Assembly (NCBI RefSeq): GCF_006345805.1
Contig: NC_042998.1
Location: 44,764,001 to 44,828,000, forward strand
Direction of reading: 5' to 3'
DNA: 64,000 nucleotides
DNA from: Octopus sinensis
Taxonomy: Eukaryota
Positions 26,411 through 40,058 of the stretch are shown here, piece after piece (position 1 is the stretch's first letter; each line of letters begins with the position of its first letter). The position numbers and the translations under genes were made by a program. The notes beneath the pieces are model-generated. The model was not told the origin of the DNA. It saw only the letters and a program-made list of their open reading frames with translations, and ran no database searches.

Positions 26411-26485
26411 TGGGAAACTGATATATGTGTGGCGGGAAGTGTATGTATGTATGTATGTATGTATATGAGGTATGTTATCTTACTT

Positions 26486-26524
<39 letters not shown>

Positions 26525-26594
26525 GTGTGTGTGTGTGTGGTGTGTGTGTGTGTGGTGTGTGTGTGTGTGTGGTGTGTGTGGTGTGTGTGTGTGT

Positions 26595-26626
<32 letters not shown>

Positions 26627-26633
26627 TTGTGTG

Positions 26634-27154
<521 letters not shown>

Positions 27155-28632
27155 CATATGTCGTGTGTGTGTGCGTACGTGAGGTATATGTTATCTTACC
27201 GTCGTATGAAAAGATATGGAGCTAAACAAAGTTCCCGTAATATTTTTTAATGACATATATGACGCACATTCATTTTTATTTTTATTTTGTTTATTTATTT
27301 TATTTTATTTTATTTTATTTTTGGGGGAACAAAGCGACAAAGAATTGTTTCAAAAATTTGCTCTACGTCGGTCCTTAGTGCGAAGCTGAGCCTCTCAAAA
27401 AAACTTTAATACACTTGAATTTTTTATTTACATTTGAGTGTGCGCTGCTGAAATTGGGGGTGCGTACAGTAAACTATGGTAATTTTTATGCCATAAAATA
27501 CAATAATAATGAGAATCTCTTATCATTGATAACGTCAGTGGTGGCGTCGGTGGCGGTGGTGGTGGTGGTGGTGGCAGTGGTGGTGCTGGCGGCGGCGGTG
27601 ATGGGGACGATCTCGACGCTTTAAACTTGAATTCCGTCCGGGTCAAAAACAGAGGTGAATTGGTGTGCTTGCTTCTGCTCGTTATTAACGAGGTTAGTAA
27701 AGTACAAGCAGTAAACAGGACTCAAGTAGATCGTGCAGAAGGATGTGCCACTCCATTCTCAATTCTCGCTGGCGTAGTTGCTGTTGCTGCTGCTACTACT
27801 ACTGCTGCTGCTGTCGTGGGGTTTGTTTCTATTGTTGTTGTTGCTACTACAACTACTTTGTTTTGGCGTTAATGTCTGGGTGTTTTGTTTTTGTTTTTTG
27901 TAACTGCCGTTGCTGCTGTTGTTTCACTCCCGGTCATTTATAATTGAACAGACTTATGATTAAAAGGGTCTAAAAGATTAATGATTAAAGGGGTTTTAGA
28001 CCATATTTATCCCAAAGCTATTCAATATGCCCTTCTATTTCGTTTTCTATTTTTTCTATTTTTGCTTTAAAAAGACCCCCTGGATGTAGTCAGAGACTGC
28101 TATTTCTAGTTACTAGAGTGACCACATACAGGCTTCTTCAATGACTCATTTTTATTTTTGATCTTTGTTTTGCTTTGTTCTTTGTTATTCTTTTACTTTT
28201 TATTACTGTTATTATTACTATTGTCTATATTGTTATAAACAATAGTATATTAAAAGATAGAAAGAATATTTTACGAACGTTATTTCTTAGGTAACATTGT
28301 TAAAAGTAGTTCATTAACACTCACTATTAATGAATAATTGGGTTTTTTTTTTGTTTTTGTCTTTTTTCATTTGATAGACGTAAGCTTCAATAACCATTGT
28401 CACGAAATCTTAACAAAGAGAGTTCAATCAAATTTAGTTATAGCCTTCCACTTAAAGTATATTGTGAATAGAGACAAGTGAGTCTTTTATAGGTCTATTT
28501 CGTATCACATATGTATCTTATATGTATATATTTAAACCGCTCTATTTTTCTTTTATATGTAGTTGGTAAGTGAAAGCAGTATTGTCAATTGAACGTTGAG
28601 GTCAGTTCAAATGTGTTTGGGACATACTTGAC

Positions 28633-28787
28633 CTGTACAAAGGCCGCATTCACTGCTAATTTGCCGAGGAAAGCCTTTCTCGTTTTAAGCAATGGGTGTT
28701 CAAAAGCACCAACAGTCATTTCTAGGTGATCTCTAGTGAAATCTGTGAATGCATGTCTAGCTTGTTGGCTATCATCAGCAACATGTA
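28633..28787 (-). CDS. Candidate internal coding exon (155 nt, phase 1 to 0) of an unidentified host gene
   Basis: Acceptor GTCGTCTCTCTTACAG, donor CAG|GTCAAG, only one open frame: HVADDSQQARHAFTDFTRDHLEMTVGAFEHPLLKTRKAFLGKLAVNAAFVQ. More GC-rich than its flanks. Confidence 0.5.
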
Positions 28788-28844
28788 CTGTAAGAGAGAC
28801 GACTCGGAAATGGGTTTTATTTGCTTACAGTAAATCAACACCAA

Positions 28845-29110
28845 GGAGGCGCAATGGCCCAGTGGTTAGGGCAGCGGACTCCCGGTCGGAGGATCGCGGT
28901 TTCGATTCCCAGACCGGGCGTTGTGCGTGTTTATTCAGCGAAAACACCTGTTGTACTCTTTTGCCCCAACTTTCTCTCACTCTTTCTTCCTGTTTCTTGA
29001 GTAACGTTGCGATGGACTGGCGTCCCGTCCAACTGTGGGGAACACATACGCCACAGAAACGGGGAAACCGGGTCCATGTGCCTGGCTAGGCTTGAAAAGG
29101 GCGTATAAAA
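28845..29110 (+). mobile_element. tRNA-derived SINE (family C head) with target-site duplication
   Basis: A-box-like TGGCCCAGTGG, B-box-like GGTTTCGATTCCC; flanking AAATCAACACCAA / AAATCAACATCAA. Confidence 0.85.
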
Positions 29111-29309
29111 AAATCAACATCAAGGATGAGCTGATTGAGCGCGATGCCAGCCACAGCTGAACAAAATACTGTGCTGGCACACATATAAACAATTTTGCAA
29201 CTAAACTAACATATAAATCAGTTTTAACATGTCTGGAACATATTTGATCAGTACTAAAGTCATATTCAATGCTAATTTGCTGTGGTGGGGAACCATTCTC
29301 ACTTTAGGC

Positions 29310-29972
29310 CAGTGGTTCTCAACCAGAGTCCATATGACTCTTGGGGGTTCATATAAGATTTTGTCATCAAAATTTATGTGCAAAAAATTGCTTATGCTGC
29401 CACAATAGTCAAAATATTTTAACATTTTGTCAGTACAATTCCTAATAAGATTTGATCATAAAAATGTGTCTTTTTAAACATCAAATGGCCATGAGGGTCC
29501 ACCCGAGTAGTGGAATCAGGGAATGCGTTTCTATCTCTCTGGATATCATCAGCACCGTGAACCGCCTTGTAATCGCCCACAATCTTCCATTACAGTTATA
29601 CGCATTGAGAATTTTCTTCAAAGGAAAGATAGCAGTAGTCAGAGCTGGAAGTTGTGCCACATGTTGTAAAAACTCCTAATGTTGGTATTTTCTAATGACT
29701 TTCTCAGTTTTTTTTTCACAGTGGAAGAGGTTGTATGGTTTCGAATGTTGCAAACTGCTTTTCAATCACCTCTGTTATATTGTCTTTTTCTACTGCTAGA
29801 TATCATTACCACAAAAGCTTGTTTTCCTAACAAACATTTAGATCAATTCACGAAGGTCATACTCATTGCTGTTTATTGTTGAGAAAAATTATTCAAAGGG
29901 TCATCTCTTAATTATTTTCTTGTACATCCCGGGGGGGGGTCCATGATGGTCTAAAAAGTTTGGGGATCCCTA
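29310..29972. mobile_element. hAT/Charlie-like non-autonomous DNA transposon
   Basis: Left end CAGTGGTTCTCAACC, degenerate right end GTTTGGGGATCCCTA, 8-bp flanks CTTTAGGC / CTTTAGAC (7 of 8 match). Confidence 0.6.
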
Positions 29973-30553
29973 CTTTAGACAATAGGTATTAAAAACACCA
30001 ACTATTATTTAAGGCGCCCTCTGGAGGAGCGCCACAAGTGAAACAGCCCTGGAATGACTTTGGAAACTTTAGTTATTAAAACACGATCTAATATATCATT
30101 CCTATTGTCGCTACTTTCCAGGTTTTTAGCAGTTGAGCGATCATTTAGAGACTTTTTGTTGACTCGTCAAATATAAGTAATTTATGTACTACATGGCATT
30201 TATACCGGCGGTGTCAATGTATGACATCAATTATTTTAATTTACATTTTGCAGACATTTTCCTAGATTATGACCTTTTAATTTGTCGATTGTTTACATGC
30301 TGATAAACAAAAGAAGGGGTGGAAACCATAAACAGTGAACTAACGTTATTCCTATATCGTAAAACACGTTTGCCAAACAATAAACACAACTAATGTTATA
30401 CTATGCAATAAGATATGTTTTTTCCAAATTGTAAACACTTAACTAATTAACATTAGTTACACCTCTGCTGGCGAGCCAACGAGAAAACTTCAGTGTGGTT
30501 ACGCGATCCGCTAGAAATCACAACCAAATACTTTGAAATCATAGCCTGATATA

Positions 30554-30947
30554 TCTCTCTATATATATAAAGCTGAAGTTGTCTGTGTATGGCAGGTTTG
30601 GTAGCCTTCAACTAACACTATCTCCTCCGAGATCCTGCGGCAAGTTGACCAAAATTGAGAATATGATGGAAGAAGACTTGCTCGTCCTTCCGTAGAGGAA
30701 AAAAATTCAAATCGGACCATGTTAACACCAAAAATTATTTACATCATAAAGGTGCTTTTTTTTCTATGAAAATCCCTATTTTTTACGATTTTTTTATTGC
30801 TGTGTCGCCATTTTTCGGTATATTTCAACCAGAAAAATGTTCACTTAAAGAGAATAAAAAGTTACATAATGCAAACTTTTTACTTTTCAAAAAGTTCAAT
30901 TCTAAAGGGTCAAAACAAACCCGAGCAAAGCCGGGCGATACTGCTAG
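30554..30947 (+). mobile_element. Non-autonomous Helitron
   Basis: Starts A|TC(TCTCTATATATATAAAGCTG), has subterminal hairpin CCCGAGCAAAGCCGGG (30920-30935) and ends CTAG|T; no TSD. Confidence 0.8.
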
Positions 30948-31119
30948 TTTTTAAATAAAATGATGAGAGCATTACGAAAATCTCTTCTCCTCAACCACAA
31001 AGAAATAAGCAACAAAGCGTTAGTCACGACTGCAATGACTTTGATCAGAAGTGTTCTTGGTTGAAGCTCATATGTATCACAACAGCAATATTCCGTTTAG
31101 AGTTGTTGATTATAAGCAT

Positions 31120-31449
31120 AAAGACCCCCTTCGGTCATGAATGTCCATGGGATTGCACCTAGAAAGTTACCCTCCTAGACACAAGTCCGAACAAGGTTGT
31201 TTCTGGAAGACCAGCAGTCGCCCATGCATACTAGCCTCCCCTCTCCACGCCACCAGTGTTATCCAAGGGAAAGACAAAGGTCGATACAGCTTGGCACCAG
31301 TGACGTCGCAACTCATTTCTACAGCTGAGTGAACTGGAGCAACGTGAAATAAAGTGTCTTGCTCAAGAACACAACACGCAACCCGGTCCGGGATTCGAGC
31401 TCACAACCTCACGATCGTAAGCTCGACGCTCTAACCACTGAGCCATGCG
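31120..31449 (-). mobile_element. tRNA-derived SINE family D
   Basis: Reverse complement CGCATGGCTCAGTGGTTAGAGCGTCGAGC...GAGCTCGAATCCC (A/B-box-like), then GTGTTCTTGAGCAAGACACTT central domain. Confidence 0.75.
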
Positions 31450-33925
31450 ATAAGCATAAGTGAAATATAATATGTGAAAATTCCACAGTAGAAAAAATAA
31501 CAGAAAGAAAACATTTGATGATGTTTCAAAATATATCAGCTTTGGAAGAACAAGTCAAGTATTGTAAGCAACGAACCAAGAAAATAATGAAACAGTAGTA
31601 GTTAGAATGATGGCATGATTACTATTACTATACAAACTAAATACGATTGATAATATGTCGATGAAAACATGCAAAACAATTTGAGGACTAATCACATTAA
31701 TCACTGTAAGATTTTGCAATAAAAATAAAAAGAAATCATTATCAAATATATTCGGAACGTTTTTAATCAAAGATATGCACAATCAACAGCCAAAGGCAAC
31801 ACGTGGCGACACACAAGCTACAGACAACGTAAACACCATTGTAAATGCATCAAAAATATTTCAGCAATCTCTTTGGAAATAATCAAAGAGAACTGAAACA
31901 CCAGTGAATCTGAAGAGACAGCTGTTGATAAATAAGGCGCAGGAATAATGGCAGGAAGCACCGGATCTTCAAGTAAAAGATGCGGAAGACTTTAATATTG
32001 ATTTCAAAATTTTAGCACAAGGCCAGCAATTTCGGAGGCGGGGATAAGTCGATTACATCAATCCCAGTGCTCAACAGGTACTTATTTTATCGACCCTGAA
32101 AGGCAAAGTTGACATGGGCAGAACTTGAATTCAGAACGTAAAGACGGACGAAATGCCGCAAAGCGTTTCGTTCGGTGTGCTAACGATTCTTATTTCTTTA
32201 TTGCCCACAAGGGGCTAAACACAGAGAGGACAAACAAGGACAGACAAACGGATTAAGTCGATTATATCGACCCTTCTGCGTAACTTAATTAATCGACCCC
32301 GAAAGGATGAAAGGCAAAGTCGACCTCGGCGGAATTTGAACTCAGAACGTAAAGACAGACGAAATACGGTTAAGTATTTGGCCTGGTGTGCTAACGTATC
32401 TGCCAGCTCGCTCCCTTAGTGGCCAATAGGGAAGACTTTAATATTAAAATATAGTTAAGTAAAATATGAATATGGGGTTTGCAAAATGTTCTAAAACTTT
32501 TCTCGAAAGAAGAAAATAACAAAAAATATGCAACATCAAAATACACAAAAATATATAACTCAAATAATACATAAGCTTAACAATAAATGAAGCAAGAGTC
32601 GTTTACTGTTTTCACAAGTAAAATGAAAAATCAAAAACAATATTAGAATACAGGTCAGATTGATATGAGATAGTGTTTTATTGCGAAGTAAGAAAACAAT
32701 GTAATTAATATAAACGTATTAGCTGTCCTAGTAATTAAATACAGTTTCAATAAAAATCAATTGGAAAAATAAATAAACGGAAAAAACGTAGACAGAAGAC
32801 AAAGAAAATTGTTATTGGCTACACCATCAAAATATGATGCAGTCAAAATATTTTCATTTGAATAGTAAATATGAAACAAAGAAAAAAATGTGCAAAGTAC
32901 GTCATTGGAAATAGGGGTAGAATCTATCAATTAATTAAGGAAGAGGATAAAACAAAATCTACAAAATTTACTGTTTACTGGGAAAATTTTTTCTAATTAG
33001 ACACGCCACAGCAGCTGGGAATGTAGCTGAAAATAATAAGAGCAAAGTAGCTATAAAAAAAAAACGCAAATGAACAAAAGACAGTATAAGATATCTGGCT
33101 TATTGCTCCAGAGGGAGATGATGAGGGAAAGCATATTGGATAAGATAAATGAGGAAGAGAAGAGAAAACCACTTGTTAATGGTGGTCCAGAATCAATGAA
33201 AAGAACGCAGTGTCAGCTCTGATGAACACTAGTTCGCAAATACGAAATATTCCTTTAATCATAACCAACAAAGTTAGCAGTAGTCAATGTGCAGTGAGAG
33301 CCAAGAAGCAATCGACCATATTGTCTTAATCAGCTCAATCCTGGTCAAGCTAGGGAAACACACTCAGATATGACCAAGTATATGAATACGTGCGTGTGTG
33401 TGTGTGTAAATATATTAATGTTTAAGAATAGCCATATGTTTATCATACACACTGCAGATACATCGCGAAAAATTGAATTTACTGCGGTATTCGTCCGGTG
33501 TTACTTTCTCGTGGACGTGCTGTGTTTAAAAACTCAAGTATATCAGTAACAGACGAAACTCATCCAGCATTGACAATGCTAGATGCACATTTCTACTTCG
33601 CCGCACTTTGTCAGTAGCATGTAGTGACTGCCAACTGCATGATAAGACAAAATCCGTTGCTACTGTTATAGGAAACCAGTGATCATTCAACTACTGGTTC
33701 TGAGGTTTTGTCTTTATGTGAATGTATATATAAAAACAACTTAACATCGAACTGAAGGATTACCCAATACTTTTTAGTAGAGTACAAATTTAGTAAATTT
33801 TAAAAAGAAAAAAGGCTAACAATAACTTCAAAATTTCTGCTCACAGCATCTGATGACACCTGGTAAGCCGAAACTTCGAAGACATTGTCAGTCTCATATA
33901 CACATGAGCGCGCGTTCACATTTTA

Positions 33926-34886
33926 TCTATTATATAAAATCTGTTCTGTCTGTCTGTGTATGTGTCTTCTAGGATCTCAGGCATCCTCCATCCGATTGCG
34001 CTCAAATTTGATACGTAGGCAAAATTGTTATTTTAGAAGTTATTTCGTGTTAAAGTTGTCGTGTTTGGATAATTTCAACCAATCAACGACGTGTATTCAG
34101 TCGAAGAATGCAACTGCTGTTTGCGATAGTAATCGAAGAGGAACAACTTTCGGGCCATCTCTACTAAATGTTACCACTCTGTTCTATTGTATTTTCTGTT
34201 TACCGCCTGCGTTGCATATTAGACGCTTTTTTTTTCTTTGGTTCTCGCGTCGGAGTAACCAGTAAACACTGGAAAATCAACACCAAGGAGGAAGAAATAT
34301 TATTTACATATATTCATTCATTTGCCTGACATCGGTGTTTTATCCACACATAAAGCGCACCGGTGTTTAAAAGACCTCTAGCGCTACGAGTCCACAGCTA
34401 GCTTTATTGTTGTTGACGTGCATGTAGTTTCAAAATGCCTTATTTTACAATTATGAGATATATTGTCATTGTCATGATTTTATCTTACTATAATCAACAA
34501 CAAACACATTTCGTCAATATAAAAGTCTTTATTAGATTAAAAATAACGTTATCAAAACATGAAGGTAAAACAAAATAAATAGCGGCTTATAGATCCGAAA
34601 ATACGGTAATTGTGGTGGCAGTGACAAGTTCGCTCGCTGGTTACTAGTTGACCGTGTAGAAGTGAGAGAAAGAGTAAGGAATTTACGGTGCTGACTAGAA
34701 AGGAAGAAAGTATAAAGCTGGTCGCTCGACAGAGTGCTGACATTCAGTAGAGATGACTTGGAAGTTGTTCCACTTCGATTACTATCGCAAACAGCAGTTG
34801 CTTTCTTCAACTGAATACACGTCGTTGATTGGATGAAATTACCCAAATACAACAACTTTAACACGAAATAACTTCTAAAATAACAA
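33926..34886. mobile_element. Helitron-like 5' end followed by two inverted diverged copies of one repeat (34025-34182+ and 34729-34886-)
   Basis: A|TCTATTATATAAAATCTG start; arms share TTGTTATTTTAGAAGTTATTTCGTGTTAAAGTTGT...GCAACTGCTGTTTGCGATAGTAATCGAAG. Confidence 0.55.
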
Positions 34887-35364
34887 ATTTTGTCAAAAAT
34901 ATTCAAAGTAAACCGTGTTCCGCGTGAGAAGAATACGAAGAATACGAAGTTTCAAACTGATTAGTTAAAAAAAAATAATAAAAAATCTGTGAGCCAAACT
35001 GATCCCAGAGACTATAGTAGAAGACACCTGCCCAAGGTGCCACGCAGTGAGACTGAATTTGGAACCATGTGGTTGGTAAGCAAGCTACTTACTACAATGC
35101 CACTCCAGCGCCATTGTTTGGAAAACTGTATTAAAATTATATATTGGGAATGGATGTAAAATAAATTAGCTTCAAAGCACCATGGGCGATAGAGAAAACC
35201 CCTCCTAATATCCATGTATGTCCGCTCGGCGAAAACAGAAGTTATAGGCACAACGCATTATACGCGGTGTCTTCCTTTTAAAAACATGTGAAACTCCTAG
35301 AAGGTAACACATGAAAAAAATGTGTTTCGATAGTATAAGGAGATTAAGCTTGTTTCGCTAGTCG

Positions 35365-35615
35365 GAAGATGATGAGGAGGAGGAGGAGGAGGAGAAGGAG
35401 GAGGGGGATGACGATGATGACGATGACGACGACGACGATGATGATGATGATGACGACGACGATGACGATGTTGACAACGACGATGACGACAATGACGATG
35501 ATGATAATGGTGGTGACGATGATGATGATGATAAGGAGGAGGAGGAGCAGAAGCCCCAGTAGGAGGATGTCGACCACGACGACGCCGAGACGATGATCAT
35601 GATGGTGATGATGAT
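35365..35615. repeat. Compound GAG/GAC/GAT trinucleotide repeat
   Basis: Directly visible; similar triplet tracts at about 27535-27605 and 27770-27860. Confidence 0.9.
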
Positions 35616-35731
35616 TTCTATTGAACACCACTAGGGCGACGGGAGAGGAGAGCAATTGCAAAGACGAACATAAAGTTTGACATACAAGATCGAATGAGTT
35701 AAAACCAATAAGACATGCGATATAAGTAACG

Positions 35732-35773
<42 letters not shown>

Positions 35774-36092
35774 TACTTAGTACGTTAGAGCAGCATGAAA
35801 CAAATGTAATATGAAGTAAAGTAGAATTCTAGACACTTATAAAGAATGAAACAGTTTTATGAGATCTTGAATAAACATACGAGGAGGTAAAAAAAAGCGT
35901 AAAAAGCAGAATGATATTGACCTCGATTCACGTAAACACTACAGCTATGTAAGTACTGTTAAGTTATCGACTAAGACAGACCTAATCAATTTTGACAAAC
36001 AGAATATTTGAAAAAAATTATTTGCTGAAACAATTACATTGTGAAAGATAGCAATGCTAACTATTTTAAAACATATACTAACATATTTATGT

Positions 36093-36472
36093 GGAGGCGC
36101 AATGGCCCAGTGGTTAGGGCAGCGGACTCGCGGTCATAGGATCGCGGTTTCGATTCCCAGACTGGGCGTTGTGAGTGTTTATTGAGCGAAAACACCTAAA
36201 GCTCCACGGGGCTCCGGCAGGGATGGTGGTGATCCCTGCTGTACTCTTTCACCACAACTTTCTCTCACTCTTACTTCCTGTTTCTGTTGTACCTGTATTT
36301 CAAAGGGCCGGCCTTGTCACTCTCTGTGTTACGCTGAATATACCCGAGAACTACGTTAAGGGTACACGTGTCTGTGGAGTGCTCAGCCACTTACACGTTA
36401 ACTTCACGAGCAGGCTGTTCCGTTGATTCGGATCAACCGGAGCCTCATCGTCGTAACCGACGGAGTGCTTCC
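36093..36472 (+). mobile_element. tRNA-derived SINE family C, full-length-looking, with TSD
   Basis: GGAGGCGCAATGGCCCAGTGG head; ACATATTTAT direct repeat at 36081-36090 and 36473-36482. Another copy at 54338-54628+ and a head at about 9685-9770+. Confidence 0.88.
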
Positions 36473-37595
36473 ACATATTTATATTCATTATTCTTTATTT
36501 TGTGATATAGAGGTACTGCACAAATTTTCTGGCAACTGATTATTCGTGACGCCGGATTAACAAGTAACAATGTTTTGTGGTAATTTTCCCAACAAACTGC
36601 CACCTTGTTATCGTATTAACAAGGGACATGTATGTGAAAAAAAAAAAGTGAGAGGTTTGTTGCCTCGTGTATGTGACTTTTTGTGCAATATTTACGAGGT
36701 TTATAGCCTCATTGTGCTTTAAAAAGAAAAAGGAAAAAGAAAGAATTCTGAACATTGTGTTTTTATGTAAGAGGTTTATTGCCTCATTGGGTTTTCTATA
36801 AAAAAGAAAAAAGAACAATGTTTTAGAGAAGCGAAAGTCGGCGGGCGCTTTTCGTCTTCTCCCATCCTTATCATCCTTGCATCATTATCATTCATCCCAT
36901 TAATGTCTGTGTCCAGCCCGCAAGCTTCTCTATCTGTGTGCTGCACTTATGGCAAATTAAATGAAATAAAGAGACATGTAATCATATTTTGGGGTAACTT
37001 TCAAACAAAATGCTGCTTTGTTAAATCGGATAAATTCCTAATAAACTGCCGCCTTATTTTTGGTTTCGAAATTTGACACAAAGCCAGCAATTTTGGTGTA
37101 GCAGGTAAGTCGATTACAATGATCCCAGTTCTCAGCTGATACTTAATTTACCGATCCCGAAGCGGATGTAAAGTAAAGTTGACCTCGGCAGTGCTTGAAC
37201 ACCGTCAAACATTTTTGCCAATCCGCCGCCTTTTGGTTACCTTGTTATTAATAACATTCTAAAGGTGGAAAGCTGGCAGAAGTGTTAGTGCATCGAACAA
37301 AATGCTTAGCGATATTTCTCCTGAAACTTAACGTTTGGAGTTCAAATGCTGCCAAGACCGACTTAACCTTTCGTTCTTTTCGGAGTCGGCAAAATTAAAT
37401 AACAGTCAAATACTGGGGTAGATGTAATTAACTTGCCCTGCCCCTCACTACTGCTGGGCTTGTGCCAAAATTAGAAAGGTTATTAATCACATTTTTTGCC
37501 ACTAAACCTTCGCGAAACATTTATTTATTCATTAGAAACATGCTATGAAGGTGGAAACATTCTCGTAAGACTTCGACTAAAATTATATGAAAATA

Positions 37596-37757
37596 GGCGT
37601 AGTAGTGGCTGTGTGGTAAGTAGCTTGCTTACCAACCACATGGTTCCGGGTTCAGTCCCACTGCATGGCACCTTGGGAAATTGTCTTCTACTATAGCCTC
37701 GGGCCGACCAAAGCTTTGTGAGTGGATTTGGTAGACGGAAACTGAAAGAGCCCGTCG

Positions 37758-37793
<36 letters not shown>

Positions 37794-38019
37794 AGTCTGT
37801 GTTTGTCCCCCCCCCCACACAACATCGCTTGACAACCGATACTGGTGTGCTTACGTCCCCGTAACTTAGTGGCTCGGCAAAAGAGACCGATAGAATAAGT
37901 ACTAGGCTTACAAAGAATAAGTCCTGGGGTCGATTTGCTCGATCGACTAAAGGAGGTGCTCCAGCATGGCCTCAGTCAAATGACTGAAAAAAGTAAAAGA
38001 GTAAAAGAGTAAAGAGTAT
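37596..38019 (+). mobile_element. tRNA-derived SINE family B' (CORE-like central domain, internal TA/TG tract, GTAAAAGA tail)
   Basis: GGTTCAGTCCC B-box-like, CACCTTGGGAAATTGTCTT CORE-like segment. Copies at about 5560-5735+, 15170-15390-, 35000-35110-, 52050-52620-, 52690-53010-, 57050-57470- and 57605-57930+. Confidence 0.82.
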
Positions 38020-38916
38020 GCACATCTTTAAACTTTATCTACTGTCGTAAGTCACCTTCTAATCAATGGATTTTCTCGGCCTATCTCCCGACGAAGATAA
38101 TATATATACATTCACCGCAGTGAAGGTAAAATTTTATATCAACACGATCTTCACGAAGAAAAAGTCCTTTGGAGCTTAGCGTGTGGTGTTAAATTTAATT
38201 ACAAGTATTTGTACCTTCATATTATTATAGTAAGCTGTAGACAGTGTTTCCGCTTTCATGATATGTCTTTTGTGAATGAACAACAGCATATTTTGAAGGC
38301 TTGCTAACGAAAAACATTTATGATGGTCGCGGGAAATTCTAGTGCCCTCGCATAATTACATCAGGATTAAAAGCGTTACCAGATCATTAAAATACGGGAA
38401 GATGATATCGAAAAGACGGGAAAATGATATCGTCAAATACTGGTTTCCATGTGACTAATTCTCCGGCGAATCCACCCACTTTGTGCCAAAATTTGAAAGA
38501 ATTCCTATTATTATTATTCGAGCTGGCAGAATAGTTAGCATGCTGGACGATATGCTAAGCAGTATTTCATCTGTCGCTATGTTCTGAGTTCAAATTCCAC
38601 CGAGGTCGACTGTGCCTTTCATCCTTTCGGGGTCGATTAAATAAGTACCAGTTACGCACTGGGGTCGATATAATCGACTTAATCCGTTTGTCTGTCCTTG
38701 TTTGTCCTCTCTGTGTTTAGCCGCTTGTGGGTAGTAAAGAAATAGGTATTTTGCCCGTCGCTATGTTCTGAGTCCAAATTCCGCCGAGGTCGATTTCACC
38801 TTTCATCTTTTCGATTAAGACGATAAAGTAAGGACTAGCGAAACACTGGGGTCGATGTAACCGACTTATCCCCTACCCCAAAATTGTTGCCCTTGTGACA
38901 TAATTTAGAAATATTG

Positions 38917-38981
<65 letters not shown>

Positions 38982-39205
38982 GGCGGCGAGCTGGCTAAAA
39001 AATGTTTGCTCGCCGAGCAAAATGCTTAGTGACTTTCAGTTTCAAATTCAAATACTATGGAGGTCAACTTTAACTTTCATCCTTTCAGGGTCGATAAATT
39101 AAGTATCAGTGAAACATTGGGGTCGATATAATCGATTAGTTCCTTCCCCAAAAGTTTCAGGCCTTGTGCCTTTAGTAGAAAGGATTATTATTATTATTAT
39201 TATTA

Positions 39206-39266
<61 letters not shown>

Positions 39267-39822
39267 GAGTGAGCGAGCAGAGCATGCCATCAAAGTGACA
39301 CTGGGGTAAAATATACGAAGCCCAGTATACCCATCTAGACTACCCGTCTGATAAGGGTACACCAGGCACATGCATCACAACCATATGTGCGCGACATGGT
39401 GATCTCATATCAAGATAAACAGCACATGACCTTGCAGGTGGAGCCCAGTTAGAATTTTCTTCAGATCGAGTAACCCATCCCGCTCAAAAGGTCCCTGAAT
39501 AAGGGTTGTTTAAGGACGTTGAACGAAACACCCATGTTTCCAGAGGTGAATTATTCAAACCCCAAAGAATCCTTCTCAACTCATGGCTATGATGCTCCAC
39601 CACTACTTCTGCTCGTGATCAGAGATGCACATATCGTCAGCCACTAAGGGACATGCTCAACTGGTTAAGGTCAAACAACTGACAAGCAAATCTGTGGTAT
39701 TGAGCAGAATATTTGCTGTAGCCCATCTTTTATACCAAGACAAAACAATGTACATGATAACACTTCCAATCAGTTAAGATCAGAAGCCATGAGAGCCACT
39801 GCCTGGTACTGCATCAGGGCAT
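39267..39822. mobile_element. About 555-bp non-coding insert embedded in (TAA)n
   Basis: GC-richer unique block bounded on both sides directly by (TAT)n arrays; no ORF, no TIR seen. Confidence 0.5.
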
Positions 39823-39848
39823 TTATTATTATTATATTATTATTATTA

Positions 39849-39885
<37 letters not shown>

Positions 39886-40002
39886 TAGTTTTATTTTTAT
39901 AGCGTGCTTTCACTTCACCACCGAGCGCAGCTCTGTGAGCCTTAGGTATGTGATGTGGTTTGCTGTGATGCTCTTATGATTACTGTATTGAAAGTGTTTT
40001 GC

Positions 40003-40058
<56 letters not shown>

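Noticed and set aside
32430-33360. Possible further RLE remnant (MCSESQEAIDHIV near 33290-33330)
   Set aside because: A single short motif in otherwise unreadable sequence.
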